Assembly (NCBI GenBank): GCA_947647555.1
Contig: CANSKT010000003.1
Coordinates: forward strand, 7,987 to 71,986
DNA from: an uncultured Peptococcaceae bacterium
GTDB lineage: Bacteria; Bacillota; Dehalobacteriia; UBA4068; UBA4997
Length of the DNA stretch: 64,000 nucleotides
Direction of reading: 5' to 3'
Shown: in pieces, positions 41,681 through 50,208 of the stretch
Layout: every line of letters starts with the position of its first letter
Position numbering within the stretch: position 1 is the first letter of the stretch
Notes under the pieces: model-generated
What the model saw: the letters and a program-made list of their open reading frames with translations, nothing else
What the model was told of the DNA's origin: nothing
Databases searched by the model: none
Program-made: the position numbers and the translations under genes

Positions 41681-42079
41681 TCAGGCGCGCTCGTCCAAAA
41701 GCCGCACCATAACCTCCATATGTGTCGGATAACAGGCCGCCTGTCCACTGCACGCCAACCAATAAACCTGCCCCCATTGCTCAACGCGCACCCGACTACC
41801 AGCCGGCAAGGTCAAACCCGGCTCGGCCGGCGGCAAAAACAGTTGAAAACGCGCCTCCACGCCGCTGCCGTCCGCCGCGCTGTCCGTTCTGGCCGGCTCA
41901 TTCTGACCAAAAGCCAAATAACAGGGCAAATCAGACCAGTCGGCCAACGGCTGCCAAAACTCGCCGCAGCAAACACCGGCCACTTCCTGAACCTGTAAAG
42001 CATAAACCGTGCAAACACCGACCAAAAGCTGGCGCAGCTGTTGCCGCGCCGCCGCATATGCAGCGTCCATTATCGTCAT
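41681..42079 (-). CDS. Head-tail adaptor (XkdH/I-position), function inferred by position
   Basis: The start is taken at MTIMDAAYAAARQQL (ATG 42079), downstream of AGGGGG. The ORF track extends to 42217, which would overlap the upstream gene by 116 nt. Confidence 0.5.
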   Translation of the reverse strand: MTIMDAAYAAARQQLRQLLVGVCTVYALQVQEVAGVCCGEFWQPLADWSDLPCYLAFGQNEPARTDSAADGSGVEARFQLFLPPAEPGLTLPAGSRVRVEQWGQVYWLACSGQAACYPTHMEVMVRLLDERA

Positions 42080-42101
42080 GTATGCCATACCCCCTATCTC
42101 G

Positions 42102-42533
42102 CTAATAAACAGAACGCCAGGCGCACAGCGCCGCCCTGGCGGAATGAAGCAAATCGGCCGCCAACCCCTCGGCACGGCTTTTTTCGTCAACACCACTCCT
42201 CTGGCTGCCGCCGCCAAAGCCCCAGGCCGCGTCCCCCAAACGTAGCGAGGTCAGGCTGGGCATAACCGCCAAACTTTCCGGTGCCAAAGCCAATCGAGAT
42301 TGCAAAAAATAAGCGGCGGCCAAATCCAAAAACGCAGAAACCAGCGGCAGTTCCGCCTTCTCCGCCTGCGGCAGACGATTACAAAACTGCTCCACAAAAG
42401 CAACCGCCCGGCTCAAAGCCAACTCAAGCGCCGCCTGCTCCAATCCGAACGCCGCTTCGTTGTCCTCCTCCGCAAACAGATAGCCCAAAGCCATCAAACG
42501 CCGGCGCAGTTCGTCCAAATCCGCTATCATCAT
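42102..42533 (-). CDS. gp6-like head-tail connector (YqbG/DUF3199-like)
   Basis: 143-aa ORF with an ATGA start-stop overlap with the capsid gene. Its helical acidic N-half is typical of connector proteins. Confidence 0.6.
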   Translation of the reverse strand: MMIADLDELRRRLMALGYLFAEEDNEAAFGLEQAALELALSRAVAFVEQFCNRLPQAEKAELPLVSAFLDLAAAYFLQSRLALAPESLAVMPSLTSLRLGDAAWGFGGGSQRSGVDEKSRAEGLAADLLHSARAALCAWRSVY

Positions 42534-43528
42534 ACCTGCTCACTGCCGGCATTAACGCCGCCCGTCGCCAAACCGGTAATCGAAGCATGCAAAAAGGCCG
42601 GGCCATGCGCCAAACCAATCTGACCATAAAGCTGAATTTTATCCGCCGCGCCGGTTTTCGCCAATTCTTCCTCAAACAAAACACCCTTGCCCGGCACCGC
42701 CTGAAAAACCGGAGCCAAATGCGCCACATCGGCAATCAGCACACTATCCGCCGGCATAAAGCGATCCCAACAAACCCCCAGCCGGCAAAAATCCGTTTCC
42801 AGTTCGGTAATATTCAGACCGCCCACCTGACGCTGGCTGGGCGTATAAACCGGCGTGCCGTTAAACTGCGAAGCATAAATTTCTGATAAAGCCTGCTTCT
42901 GATAGGCCGGCAAAAACATCACCATGTTGCTGAAATAAGCGCCATTATCCGCCATTTCGCGGAAAATCTGCTGCAACATGGCCTTGCTCAAAGGCGCGCC
43001 CTTAGCGTCCAGCGTCGTGCCGCCGCGGCAAAGTTCCAGCAGCCCCCGAGTCTTATTGGCCTCGTTGCTGCTGGCCGCGCGCTTAAACTGGCCGTTAATA
43101 AAACTGTGCTCAACATCACGGGCAATTTTAATCAGCTTATGCTGTACCTGAAAAGCCCTCTCGTCCGCCACCGGGTCGCCCTCCAAACCGGCCGTGTTCA
43201 AACCCTGCATACGTCCCACATTGCTTTGCTTGGCATAAGTCAAATTAATAATCTCCTGATGAATTTGCACAACATTACTCTCCTGCGAGCGCGCCGCCAT
43301 AACCGCCTCCGGAGCCACCGCAGCCGCCGATTCAGAAATTTCCGGTTGGGCCGCCTCCGGATAATCAAAAAGCACCGCCGTCGGAAATTCAAAATTGCTG
43401 GTCATACGTCCGCCGGAAAGCCCACCAATCATCGCCAAAAGCGGAGTCTGCATCGCGTCCGCAGAAAAAAGTTCGCCGGCATAATTAGGCAAATTCCAAA
43501 CCGTTCCCATCTCACTTACTTGTGTCAT
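42530..43528 (-). CDS. Major capsid protein
   Basis: 332-aa ORF after the scaffold gene. The N-terminal WNLPNYAGELF...TPLLAMIGG pattern is seen in HK97-fold capsid families. Confidence 0.8.
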   Translation of the reverse strand: MTQVSEMGTVWNLPNYAGELFSADAMQTPLLAMIGGLSGGRMTSNFEFPTAVLFDYPEAAQPEISESAAAVAPEAVMAARSQESNVVQIHQEIINLTYAKQSNVGRMQGLNTAGLEGDPVADERAFQVQHKLIKIARDVEHSFINGQFKRAASSNEANKTRGLLELCRGGTTLDAKGAPLSKAMLQQIFREMADNGAYFSNMVMFLPAYQKQALSEIYASQFNGTPVYTPSQRQVGGLNITELETDFCRLGVCWDRFMPADSVLIADVAHLAPVFQAVPGKGVLFEEELAKTGAADKIQLYGQIGLAHGPAFLHASITGLATGGVNAGSEQV

Positions 43529-43588
43529 TATTAAATCAATCCTTTCTTAAAAAAATACCCAAACCCAACCCACCACTTAAAAAATTTT

Positions 43589-44029
43589 TTATAAGATAAT
43601 TCCCTGTGCAGCCGCTTCCTGCTTAATCTTAATCGCCTCAACGCCCTCGGCCTGCGCCAAACGCAGACCAAAAGCGCCGTCCGCACCATAAACATCAGTC
43701 ATATCGCCGGCCGCCTGCGGCTGCAAACCCAGCCAATGATAATCCTGCTCCTGCCGTTCCGGCGCAAACAAAAAAGCGGTGTCCGAACGCCGACGCAGTT
43801 CCCGAATTTGCTGCCGCAGACGCTCCGCCCAATCCGCCGCCTGAAAATCCAAAACCGACCAATCCAGCAAGGCCATAGCCGCTGGCAAACTTCTAGCGCC
43901 AGCCTCGGCCAACAAACGCTCCGCCGTCATTTCCAGCTTCAAGCGCTCATACTCCGCCCGGCTCACCATCTCCGGCTTATTTTCAACCGCATTTTCGGCT
44001 TTATTTTTTCGCTCATTTTCCTGCATATT
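43589..44029 (-). CDS. Capsid scaffolding protein (DUF4355-like)
   Basis: The start MQENERKNKAEN (ATG 44029) follows AAGGAGGG; the ORF track extends to 44089. It is a charged coiled-coil protein upstream of the capsid gene. Confidence 0.7.
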   Translation of the reverse strand, partial: NMQENERKNKAENAVENKPEMVSRAEYERLKLEMTAERLLAEAGARSLPAAMALLDWSVLDFQAADWAERLRQQIRELRRRSDTAFLFAPERQEQDYHWLGLQPQAAGDMTDVYGADGAFGLRLAQAEGVEAIKIKQEAAAQGIIL

Positions 44030-44042
44030 TCCCTCCTTATAT

Positions 44043-44207
44043 TTAACTATTTTGCTGCAAAATTTCCATTTCCCGTTGCAGGCCGGCAATCACAAAGGCA
44101 CGCTCGGCGGCGCTCAACTGCATAAATTCGCCAGGCCGCCAACCCCAGCGCAAAAGCGCCAGCCAGGCGGCGCATACCTCCCAATCGCCGGCCTTAATCA
44201 GTTTTTT
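44043..44207 (-). other. -1 programmed frameshift site (A AAA AAC) and 52-codon extension of the tail chaperone
   Basis: The minus strand reads GCA AAA AAC TGA at 44209-44198. The -1 frame stays open from 44201 to a TAA at 44045-44043, encoding LIKAGDWEVCAAWLALLRWGWRPGEFMQLSAAERAFVIAGLQREMEILQQNS. Confidence 0.55.
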
Positions 44208-44605
44208 GCTGCCGCCAAATGAGCCTCCGCCGTCCGGCTCTGCAAATTCAAGCGTTCAAAAGCCTGCTGCAAAGCCTGATACTCCCCCGGTGAAAGCATT
44301 TTCAACAGCAGCTGTTCCGCACCCAAAACGCCATAACTGTCCTGCAACTCAACACTGTTCAAATCCGGCCAAACCACAGATTTTACCAACAACTGCAAAA
44401 AAATATCGTTAAAGCGAACCTTATGCCCAATTTCCTCCTGCCGCGCCGCCGCCAGTAAAAGTTCCTGCCAGTCGGCCGCCGTCAGCGGCTGCAACTCCCA
44501 AAGCTGCGGCTGCCCCTGCTCGTCCACAAAACGCTCAGAAACCAGCAGGCGCAAATTCTCGCGCGGCGTACTGGCCGCCAAAAAAGCCGTCAAATCCCTG
44601 CTCAT
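44198..44605 (-). CDS. Tail assembly chaperone (XkdN-like)
   Basis: 135-aa ORF. SERFVDEQGQPQLWELQPLT and VVWPDLNSVELQDSYGVLGAEQLLLKML match the XkdN family pattern. Confidence 0.8.
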   Translation of the reverse strand: MSRDLTAFLAASTPRENLRLLVSERFVDEQGQPQLWELQPLTAADWQELLLAAARQEEIGHKVRFNDIFLQLLVKSVVWPDLNSVELQDSYGVLGAEQLLLKMLSPGEYQALQQAFERLNLQSRTAEAHLAAAKN

Positions 44606-44641
44606 TAAACAATTCCCCCCTCTCCCATAATCTCATAAACA

Positions 44642-45556
44642 TCAAACCAAAGACGCGCTTCCCAACAAAGCCTCAATATCTTCACGCAAGCGCTCCGCCA
44701 CCAAATCGGTCAGCATATCAACATCAGCCCCGGCCGCCAACGGTTCCGGCTCCACACCGGGTATCTTCAAAACCTCCGAGCGCGCAGATGTCAAATGCGC
44801 TGGTATGTTTGCCGATATTTCCGTCAGCATTTCCGACGATGCATCTGCCGCCGTCAGCGGCTGCATCGGCTCATTTTCAGCCGATTTAACCAAATCGGTG
44901 GAAAAAATTGGCTCCGGCCATAACGAGGAAACAATATTTTCCCCTGCCGTTTCAACTTTGTCTGCTGCTTCAGCCTGATTATTTATTTTCTCTTTTGGCT
45001 TAACAGCCGATTTTATCTTTACTTCCGATTTACGCCCCATACCCGATTTACTTTTTGTTTCTGCCCCTCTGTGCGCCTTTCGCCCAGACAAAGCTAAAGA
45101 AAGCACTGCCGCATCATCTTGAGCAAACAAATCCTCCGGCCATATTGCGTCAGGAGAATCCAAATCCGGTAATAATTCCGCACCAACCTCGCTTAAATCA
45201 GCCGCTGTGCTTTTCCATAAATTATCCCTTTCCTCCTGAAGCGCCCTCTCCGTACTGTTTAACATTGGCGCAGTTGAGGTTAAACGACGCTTGCCGCGCT
45301 GATATAAATTATTAAAACGCTGGCTCACCACAGCCGCAGAATAGCCATTTGCCTGCACCAAAGGCGAATTTATACCCAATAACAAGCGAAGATCCCGTTC
45401 ACTCGGCCGCTCTCCCGGGGCGGCCTCGTTCACCAGTCGGAGCAAATTCGCGCCGGCCAGCTGACCCCAACTGTCAAACGCCGCCGCCTGCCGCTGCCAT
45501 ACACGCCCCTGCTGTAAGCGCGCCAGCCATTCACTCAAAAAACTTTCCCCATTCAT
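44642..45556 (-). CDS. Low-complexity protein of unknown role (possible very short tape-measure substitute)
   Basis: About 304 aa from the ATG at 45556; the ORF track starts at 45568. It has an Ala/Leu-rich N-part, a Lys-rich middle (KSKSGMGRKSEVKIKSAVKPKEK) and an acidic C-part. I recognise no family. Confidence 0.5.
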   Translation of the reverse strand: MNGESFLSEWLARLQQGRVWQRQAAAFDSWGQLAGANLLRLVNEAAPGERPSERDLRLLLGINSPLVQANGYSAAVVSQRFNNLYQRGKRRLTSTAPMLNSTERALQEERDNLWKSTAADLSEVGAELLPDLDSPDAIWPEDLFAQDDAAVLSLALSGRKAHRGAETKSKSGMGRKSEVKIKSAVKPKEKINNQAEAADKVETAGENIVSSLWPEPIFSTDLVKSAENEPMQPLTAADASSEMLTEISANIPAHLTSARSEVLKIPGVEPEPLAAGADVDMLTDLVAERLREDIEALLGSASLV

Positions 45557-45564
45557 ATCCGACC

Positions 45565-45930
45565 TCACACCTCGTCCAATTCCGTTGCATAATAACGGCT
45601 AACAATCACATAAGCCTGCCCACCCTGAACACAGGCCAACAAAACGCGGTCATTCAATTCCAAATTATGATAGACCCGATAAATTTTATCTTTTAAATAA
45701 CGCTCATCGTCCTGCCGCCGCTCCACAAAACCAATCACCGAGTCCGTCAAAATCAGTTCTTCCTCCGGCACCAAAAGCCGCTGCTCCAGCATAATCTGCA
45801 AAGGACTTTCATTCACAACTCGCCCAAAGGCAAAGCTGACTGCCGGCAGACTGTCCGCCGCCCGTTTGGCCAAACCAATCAGCGCGTCTGTCAAAGCTGC
45901 TGTCTGCAAAATTTTTCCCCCTCTCGCCAA
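45565..45930 (-). CDS. XkdR-like protein (DUF2577)
   Basis: SPLQIMLEQRLLVPEEELILTDSV and DRVLLACVQGGQAYVIVSR match the DUF2577 pattern. The true start is possibly TTG 45909, after GAGGGGG. Confidence 0.7.
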   Translation of the reverse strand: MARGGKILQTAALTDALIGLAKRAADSLPAVSFAFGRVVNESPLQIMLEQRLLVPEEELILTDSVIGFVERRQDDERYLKDKIYRVYHNLELNDRVLLACVQGGQAYVIVSRYYATELDEV

Positions 45931-45936
45931 CAGGTT

Positions 45937-46383
45937 TTATAAATTACCAACATATTTCTGACAAACTTTCTCCACATATTCGCGCAAACGCAAAGCCACG
46001 CGCACATCAAAGCCCAAATCGGCCGCTTCCAAAACCTGATAATCCTCCAAACTCACCAGCATACTGGTATTAAAAATCTCCTCGCCATTCGGCAGAGAGC
46101 GATAAATAATCAGCCGCCGCGCCTCACCGCTGGCCGCCCATTCCGCCAGCCGATTTAAATAATAAATTGGTTTATAAACGCGCACCCCATTGCGCAGCAG
46201 CGGCGAGTCCTCAAAATAAGGCAGCAGCAACTCAAAACTGATTTCGCGCAAACCGGCCGGCCGCAAAAGGTTCAACTCGGTGCCGTCCGCCAGCTGCACC
46301 AGCTGATTATTCTGGCGCAACCGCAGCGTATATTTTTCCGGCGCCAGCGGCAACTCCAGCTCGCCAATAAAATAATGATACAT
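45937..46383 (-). CDS. XkdP-like protein lacking the LysM domain
   Basis: 148-aa ORF. ELELPLAPEKY...LNLLRPAGLREISFELLLP...VSLEDYQVLE resembles the non-LysM domain of XkdP-type proteins. Confidence 0.55.
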   Translation of the reverse strand: MYHYFIGELELPLAPEKYTLRLRQNNQLVQLADGTELNLLRPAGLREISFELLLPYFEDSPLLRNGVRVYKPIYYLNRLAEWAASGEARRLIIYRSLPNGEEIFNTSMLVSLEDYQVLEAADLGFDVRVALRLREYVEKVCQKYVGNL

Positions 46384-46453
46384 CTTTCACCCCTCCCTGA
46401 ATTCTATATATATGCCAATCATTCCAATTAGAACGCCCCAAACAGGCACAGCA

Positions 46454-47401
46454 CTACTGTAATTCCAAACTTAAATTCATCAAACAATTTCCCTGTTCAA
46501 TCAGATGCTCCGCCCGCTTAACCAGCGCCCAGCAATCAACCAACTGCTCGCCCAGATTTAAACGCACGCCCACCATACTGCCGCCGCGCACCATAATATT
46601 GCCCGGAGCCTGCAAAACCAGCAGACTTTCCTGCCGCTGACGATACAGCTGTAAAAGTTCCTGCGCCCGGCTATAAGTCTGCTGTTTAGCGTCCGCGTTT
46701 TTGCTTACCAGCTGCAAAACGCCCCAATCGGCAATTTTGCCGCCGTCCTCGGCCACAAACTCCTTGCGCAGCCCCTTGCGCTTATCCTCATAAATTACCT
46801 TAACCCGATTATAGGTCTTTTCATCAATCGAGGTAGCATATTCATAGCCGCCAATACAATCCGCCGCCAACAGAATATTAACGCGCATATCCCAGCAGCT
46901 TTGCAGACAAACCGCACCACAATCATCATAAACAAAATAACGCCGCCCCTTGGCCTGCCAGACCTCGGCCAAAACCTCCGCCAGCATATCCAGATACCTG
47001 CGGTTATCAAAACTATGCGCCGCCAAACGCAGTCCACAATCCGCCACCTTACCCAGCTGCATATTATTCTCACTGCAAATACGCCGCAGCAAATCACCCG
47101 GCGTAAAATCGCGCAGCATGCAGCAATCACGGTTCTGCAAATAACGCAGCTGGTCATAAGCGCGCACCTGAATAAGTTCCGGCTGCCGCCGTCGCTTGCT
47201 AAAAACCCGGCCGACAAAAACCGTCTGTCCGTCCAGACGCAAACGCACCGGCGCGCCCTCCAAAAAGTTCAACATGCCGTTTTTAACCACCACAAAATCC
47301 AAAACAGCCGCCGCATTAGCCGCGCGCTGCAAACGCAAACCGCTCAAAACCTGCGGCCGCAGCCAGTTCTTGCCGTCATAAATCAACAAATCAACCTGCA
47401 T
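46454..47401 (-). CDS. XkdQ/YqbQ-like baseplate hub (gpD-like) protein
   Basis: The start MQVDLLIYDGKNW (ATG 47401) follows GGAGG and overlaps the portal stop. AYDQLRYL, FVYDD, SIDEKTYNRVKV, WGVLQL and VRGGS are XkdQ-like motifs. Confidence 0.8.
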   Translation of the reverse strand: MQVDLLIYDGKNWLRPQVLSGLRLQRAANAAAVLDFVVVKNGMLNFLEGAPVRLRLDGQTVFVGRVFSKRRRQPELIQVRAYDQLRYLQNRDCCMLRDFTPGDLLRRICSENNMQLGKVADCGLRLAAHSFDNRRYLDMLAEVLAEVWQAKGRRYFVYDDCGAVCLQSCWDMRVNILLAADCIGGYEYATSIDEKTYNRVKVIYEDKRKGLRKEFVAEDGGKIADWGVLQLVSKNADAKQQTYSRAQELLQLYRQRQESLLVLQAPGNIMVRGGSMVGVRLNLGEQLVDCWALVKRAEHLIEQGNCLMNLSLELQ

Positions 47402-48854
47402 GCCGAGCCTCCTGCACCGCCAGCCGTCGCATCTCATTTTCCACATCATTCACCCAGGGGTGCTGCGCAATAACCGATTTTTCAGAAAGTAAACCAACCG
47501 ACTTCAAACAATTATCAATAGCCTCACTTTCATCAATCATAATATCGCGGTTAAAAATCAGCCGCCAACCACAAGAAAGAAAATCACCCTGACCACTAAG
47601 CGCCAGATACCGCTTAACAAACCAAAGCAATTCGGCAAAACTGGCCTGCCATTCCGTTTCCAAATCGTTAGCGTCCAGACAAATATCGCTATACATAGAT
47701 TTAATATTCATCTCATTCGCTGCCCGATAAGCCCGGTCAAGCTTGGAATCAAACCCCAAACCATTCTCGATAATCGCGCGCTGCAAAAGTTCCAAAATAG
47801 CCTGATAATTGCCGGCGTTCACATCAACAGAAAGCGTATCAATACCACCCTCCGCGCCGTCAATCGTCTTAACCTTAACCGCACCATAAGCAGCCAGATT
47901 ATGCCGAAACTCGGCCAAATCCGTGCCGTCATAATTCTTAATCACCAAAACCGTATTATGCATATCCTCCTGCATAACATTTTCAAAAGCAGAAAGCATG
48001 GTGTTAAGCGCGTCCTGCAAAGATTTCACCCGACAAATAAGCGGCCGCTCACTCTCATTCAGCTTAAAAGGAATAAGCGGCACGCGCTGCCAGTTAAAGC
48101 CCAAAACGCTCCCGTCCGCACTCACGCGCTGCAAATACGGTCTGGCCTGCCCCAGGGACAATTCAGCCTCGCCCCAGGCCCAGGGTATCAACCGCCCCAA
48201 CCCCGGCTCCCAACCAAACAGGCGCACGCCATTCAAACCATAAACCTCCACGCCCCAAACCGTCTGTAAACGCCCCTGCCGCCAGATTTCCCGGCCAAAA
48301 AAGCGCAGCGCCCCAGTCAGGCGTGTATGTTCAGCATCTGCCCAAAAGGGCAAAATCTCATGCCCGGCAAACCGGGCAAAAGCCAGCCGCCCCTCCCCGT
48401 CAAGATATGGATAAAGCCAGGCAATTCCCTGATTATAACAGTCCTTGCCCAACCGCTTCAGCAACCGCATAAAAGGCCGGTCAAAAATCCGCCCCAAAGC
48501 GTCGGCAAACTCCGAGCAATCACTCTCCCAACTGATAGGCTGCCCCAGCATGTAATTGGTTTTCTGATTAACCAGCTTGGCATACTGATTGTTAATCAGG
48601 CGATTATTCGGCAAATTAGGCGCCGGCTCAAGCTGACCGCCGCGCCCAATCACCATGCGCCGCTGACGCAGAATATCCTGCTGCCCGGCAAAATAAGCCT
48701 CCCCGGTCAACATCTGCCGGCGCTTGTCAGAGGTCAGCCAACGCCCCAACTCCCAGCCCAAAACCTGCAATTCCGCTGGCTGCTCGGGTTTCTCGCCCAA
48801 CAAAAAACCGCCGGCTGAACCCAGCCTGCGGCAAATCTCGCTAATCTTTTTCAT
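47391..48854 (-). CDS. Portal protein (SPP1 Gp6-like)
   Basis: 487-aa ORF. LTSDKRRQMLTGEAYFAGQQDI and NNRLINNQYAKLVNQKTNYMLGQPI follow the SPP1-family portal pattern. Confidence 0.88.
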   Translation of the reverse strand: MKKISEICRRLGSAGGFLLGEKPEQPAELQVLGWELGRWLTSDKRRQMLTGEAYFAGQQDILRQRRMVIGRGGQLEPAPNLPNNRLINNQYAKLVNQKTNYMLGQPISWESDCSEFADALGRIFDRPFMRLLKRLGKDCYNQGIAWLYPYLDGEGRLAFARFAGHEILPFWADAEHTRLTGALRFFGREIWRQGRLQTVWGVEVYGLNGVRLFGWEPGLGRLIPWAWGEAELSLGQARPYLQRVSADGSVLGFNWQRVPLIPFKLNESERPLICRVKSLQDALNTMLSAFENVMQEDMHNTVLVIKNYDGTDLAEFRHNLAAYGAVKVKTIDGAEGGIDTLSVDVNAGNYQAILELLQRAIIENGLGFDSKLDRAYRAANEMNIKSMYSDICLDANDLETEWQASFAELLWFVKRYLALSGQGDFLSCGWRLIFNRDIMIDESEAIDNCLKSVGLLSEKSVIAQHPWVNDVENEMRRLAVQEARHAG

Positions 48855-48885
48855 TTATTTTTTCTTTCCCCCCTGTTTAGCTTTC

Positions 48886-48920
48886 TTGACGATACTATTC
48901 TAACACACAACAACCGGACA
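48886..48920 (-). promoter_or_regulatory. Copy A of a conserved 35-nt element (extended -10-like TGTTAGAAT) upstream of the portal gene
   Basis: 29 of 35 positions are identical to 50514-50548. The minus strand reads TGTCCGGTTGTTGTGTGTTAGAATAGTATCGTCAA. Confidence 0.5.
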
Positions 48921-48945
48921 TTCCATGACATCTTTTCCCCAACGC

Positions 48946-50205
48946 CTAACTAAAGCTAAAACTATCTCGCAGCAACAAATCTTCCGCCGCATAACGCATC
49001 GCGTCCATCAAATGATTATTACAATCCGCCGGCACATTCAGCAACCGGCCATTTTTATCTGCCTGCCAGTTATAAGCGCTGATTTCCGCCAAAAAATTCC
49101 GGCAGCGCGGAGCCACCAGAATTTCAAAATCCTGTAAAAAATCAATACCATGCCGCACGCTGTCCGGCCCCTTACGCGCCGGTTTAATCCGCTCAATACC
49201 AAGCTCGCGCAGCCGGTCAATGCTCTTCGGCTCGGCGCTATCCGCGCAAATTCGCTCCTTGGCATACCCCCTGCGCTCAATTTCCGCATAAATCTGCTCA
49301 TTACTAAGCCCACGCTGATAAATTTCATCAAAAACAAAAATACGCCGCGCAGCCAAATCCACCAGACCGCAAAACAGCGCCGTTTCATCATTCACATAAC
49401 CAAAATCCAAACCAAAAATACTGCACATCTGCGGTTGAGCACGCAAAGCAGACAAATCAAAATCCACCTCGCGCCAGTTCTCAAAAATCAGCCCTTCCGC
49501 CACGCCCCATTCCCCCAAACCGGCCACCCGATAACGCCGGGGGTTCTGGCGCGCCATGTTAACAAAAACCTGCCGATCAGCCTCGTCCAAAAACTCATTG
49601 CAGCGATAATCCACCGTCTTAGCCAGAATATCCGGGCAGGCCGGGCCGTCAAAAAAACGCCGCTTCAGCCAGTGTCGCTCATTCCAGGGATTAAAGGTCA
49701 GCGTCAGCTGCTTAAAAGGAGCTGGCCCACGAATACTTTCGTCCAAAATTGCAAAATCTTCTTCCCGGCTTACTTCAAAAGCCTCCTCCAGCCAAAGAAA
49801 ACAAAGCTGCCCCTGCGGCGCCACAATAGATGTAATTTTGTGTGGGTCGTCCAAACCCCGAAAAAAAATCTTCTGCCCCGTCGGCAGATAAGTCATCTCC
49901 AAAGGATCCTCCCGCAGCTGCCAAACAGTGCTCAAACCCAACTGCTGCACCGCCCAGACAAGTTCCGCATAACAGGAATTGCGCAAAGAACGATACGTCC
50001 TGCGCACCACCAACAAATTGGTCTGCGGTATATGTACCAAACGCCAGATAAAATTCAAAGCCGTTGTTTTCGATTTTTTACTGGCCCTGCCCCCCTTAAC
50101 AACCCGATAGCGTCCGGTAAAATGCCAAAAATCCCGATAACCACCGCCCACCAAATGCGGTAAATAAATATCCTGCAAATCTCCAACCCCTCCTTTCCCA
50201 GGCAT
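48946..50205 (-). CDS. Terminase large subunit (PBSX/XtmB type)
   Basis: 419-aa ORF with a Walker A-like KGGRASKKSKT, followed by terminase ATPase and nuclease regions. Confidence 0.9.
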   Translation of the reverse strand: MPGKGGVGDLQDIYLPHLVGGGYRDFWHFTGRYRVVKGGRASKKSKTTALNFIWRLVHIPQTNLLVVRRTYRSLRNSCYAELVWAVQQLGLSTVWQLREDPLEMTYLPTGQKIFFRGLDDPHKITSIVAPQGQLCFLWLEEAFEVSREEDFAILDESIRGPAPFKQLTLTFNPWNERHWLKRRFFDGPACPDILAKTVDYRCNEFLDEADRQVFVNMARQNPRRYRVAGLGEWGVAEGLIFENWREVDFDLSALRAQPQMCSIFGLDFGYVNDETALFCGLVDLAARRIFVFDEIYQRGLSNEQIYAEIERRGYAKERICADSAEPKSIDRLRELGIERIKPARKGPDSVRHGIDFLQDFEILVAPRCRNFLAEISAYNWQADKNGRLLNVPADCNNHLMDAMRYAAEDLLLRDSFSFS

Positions 50206-50208
50206 CTC

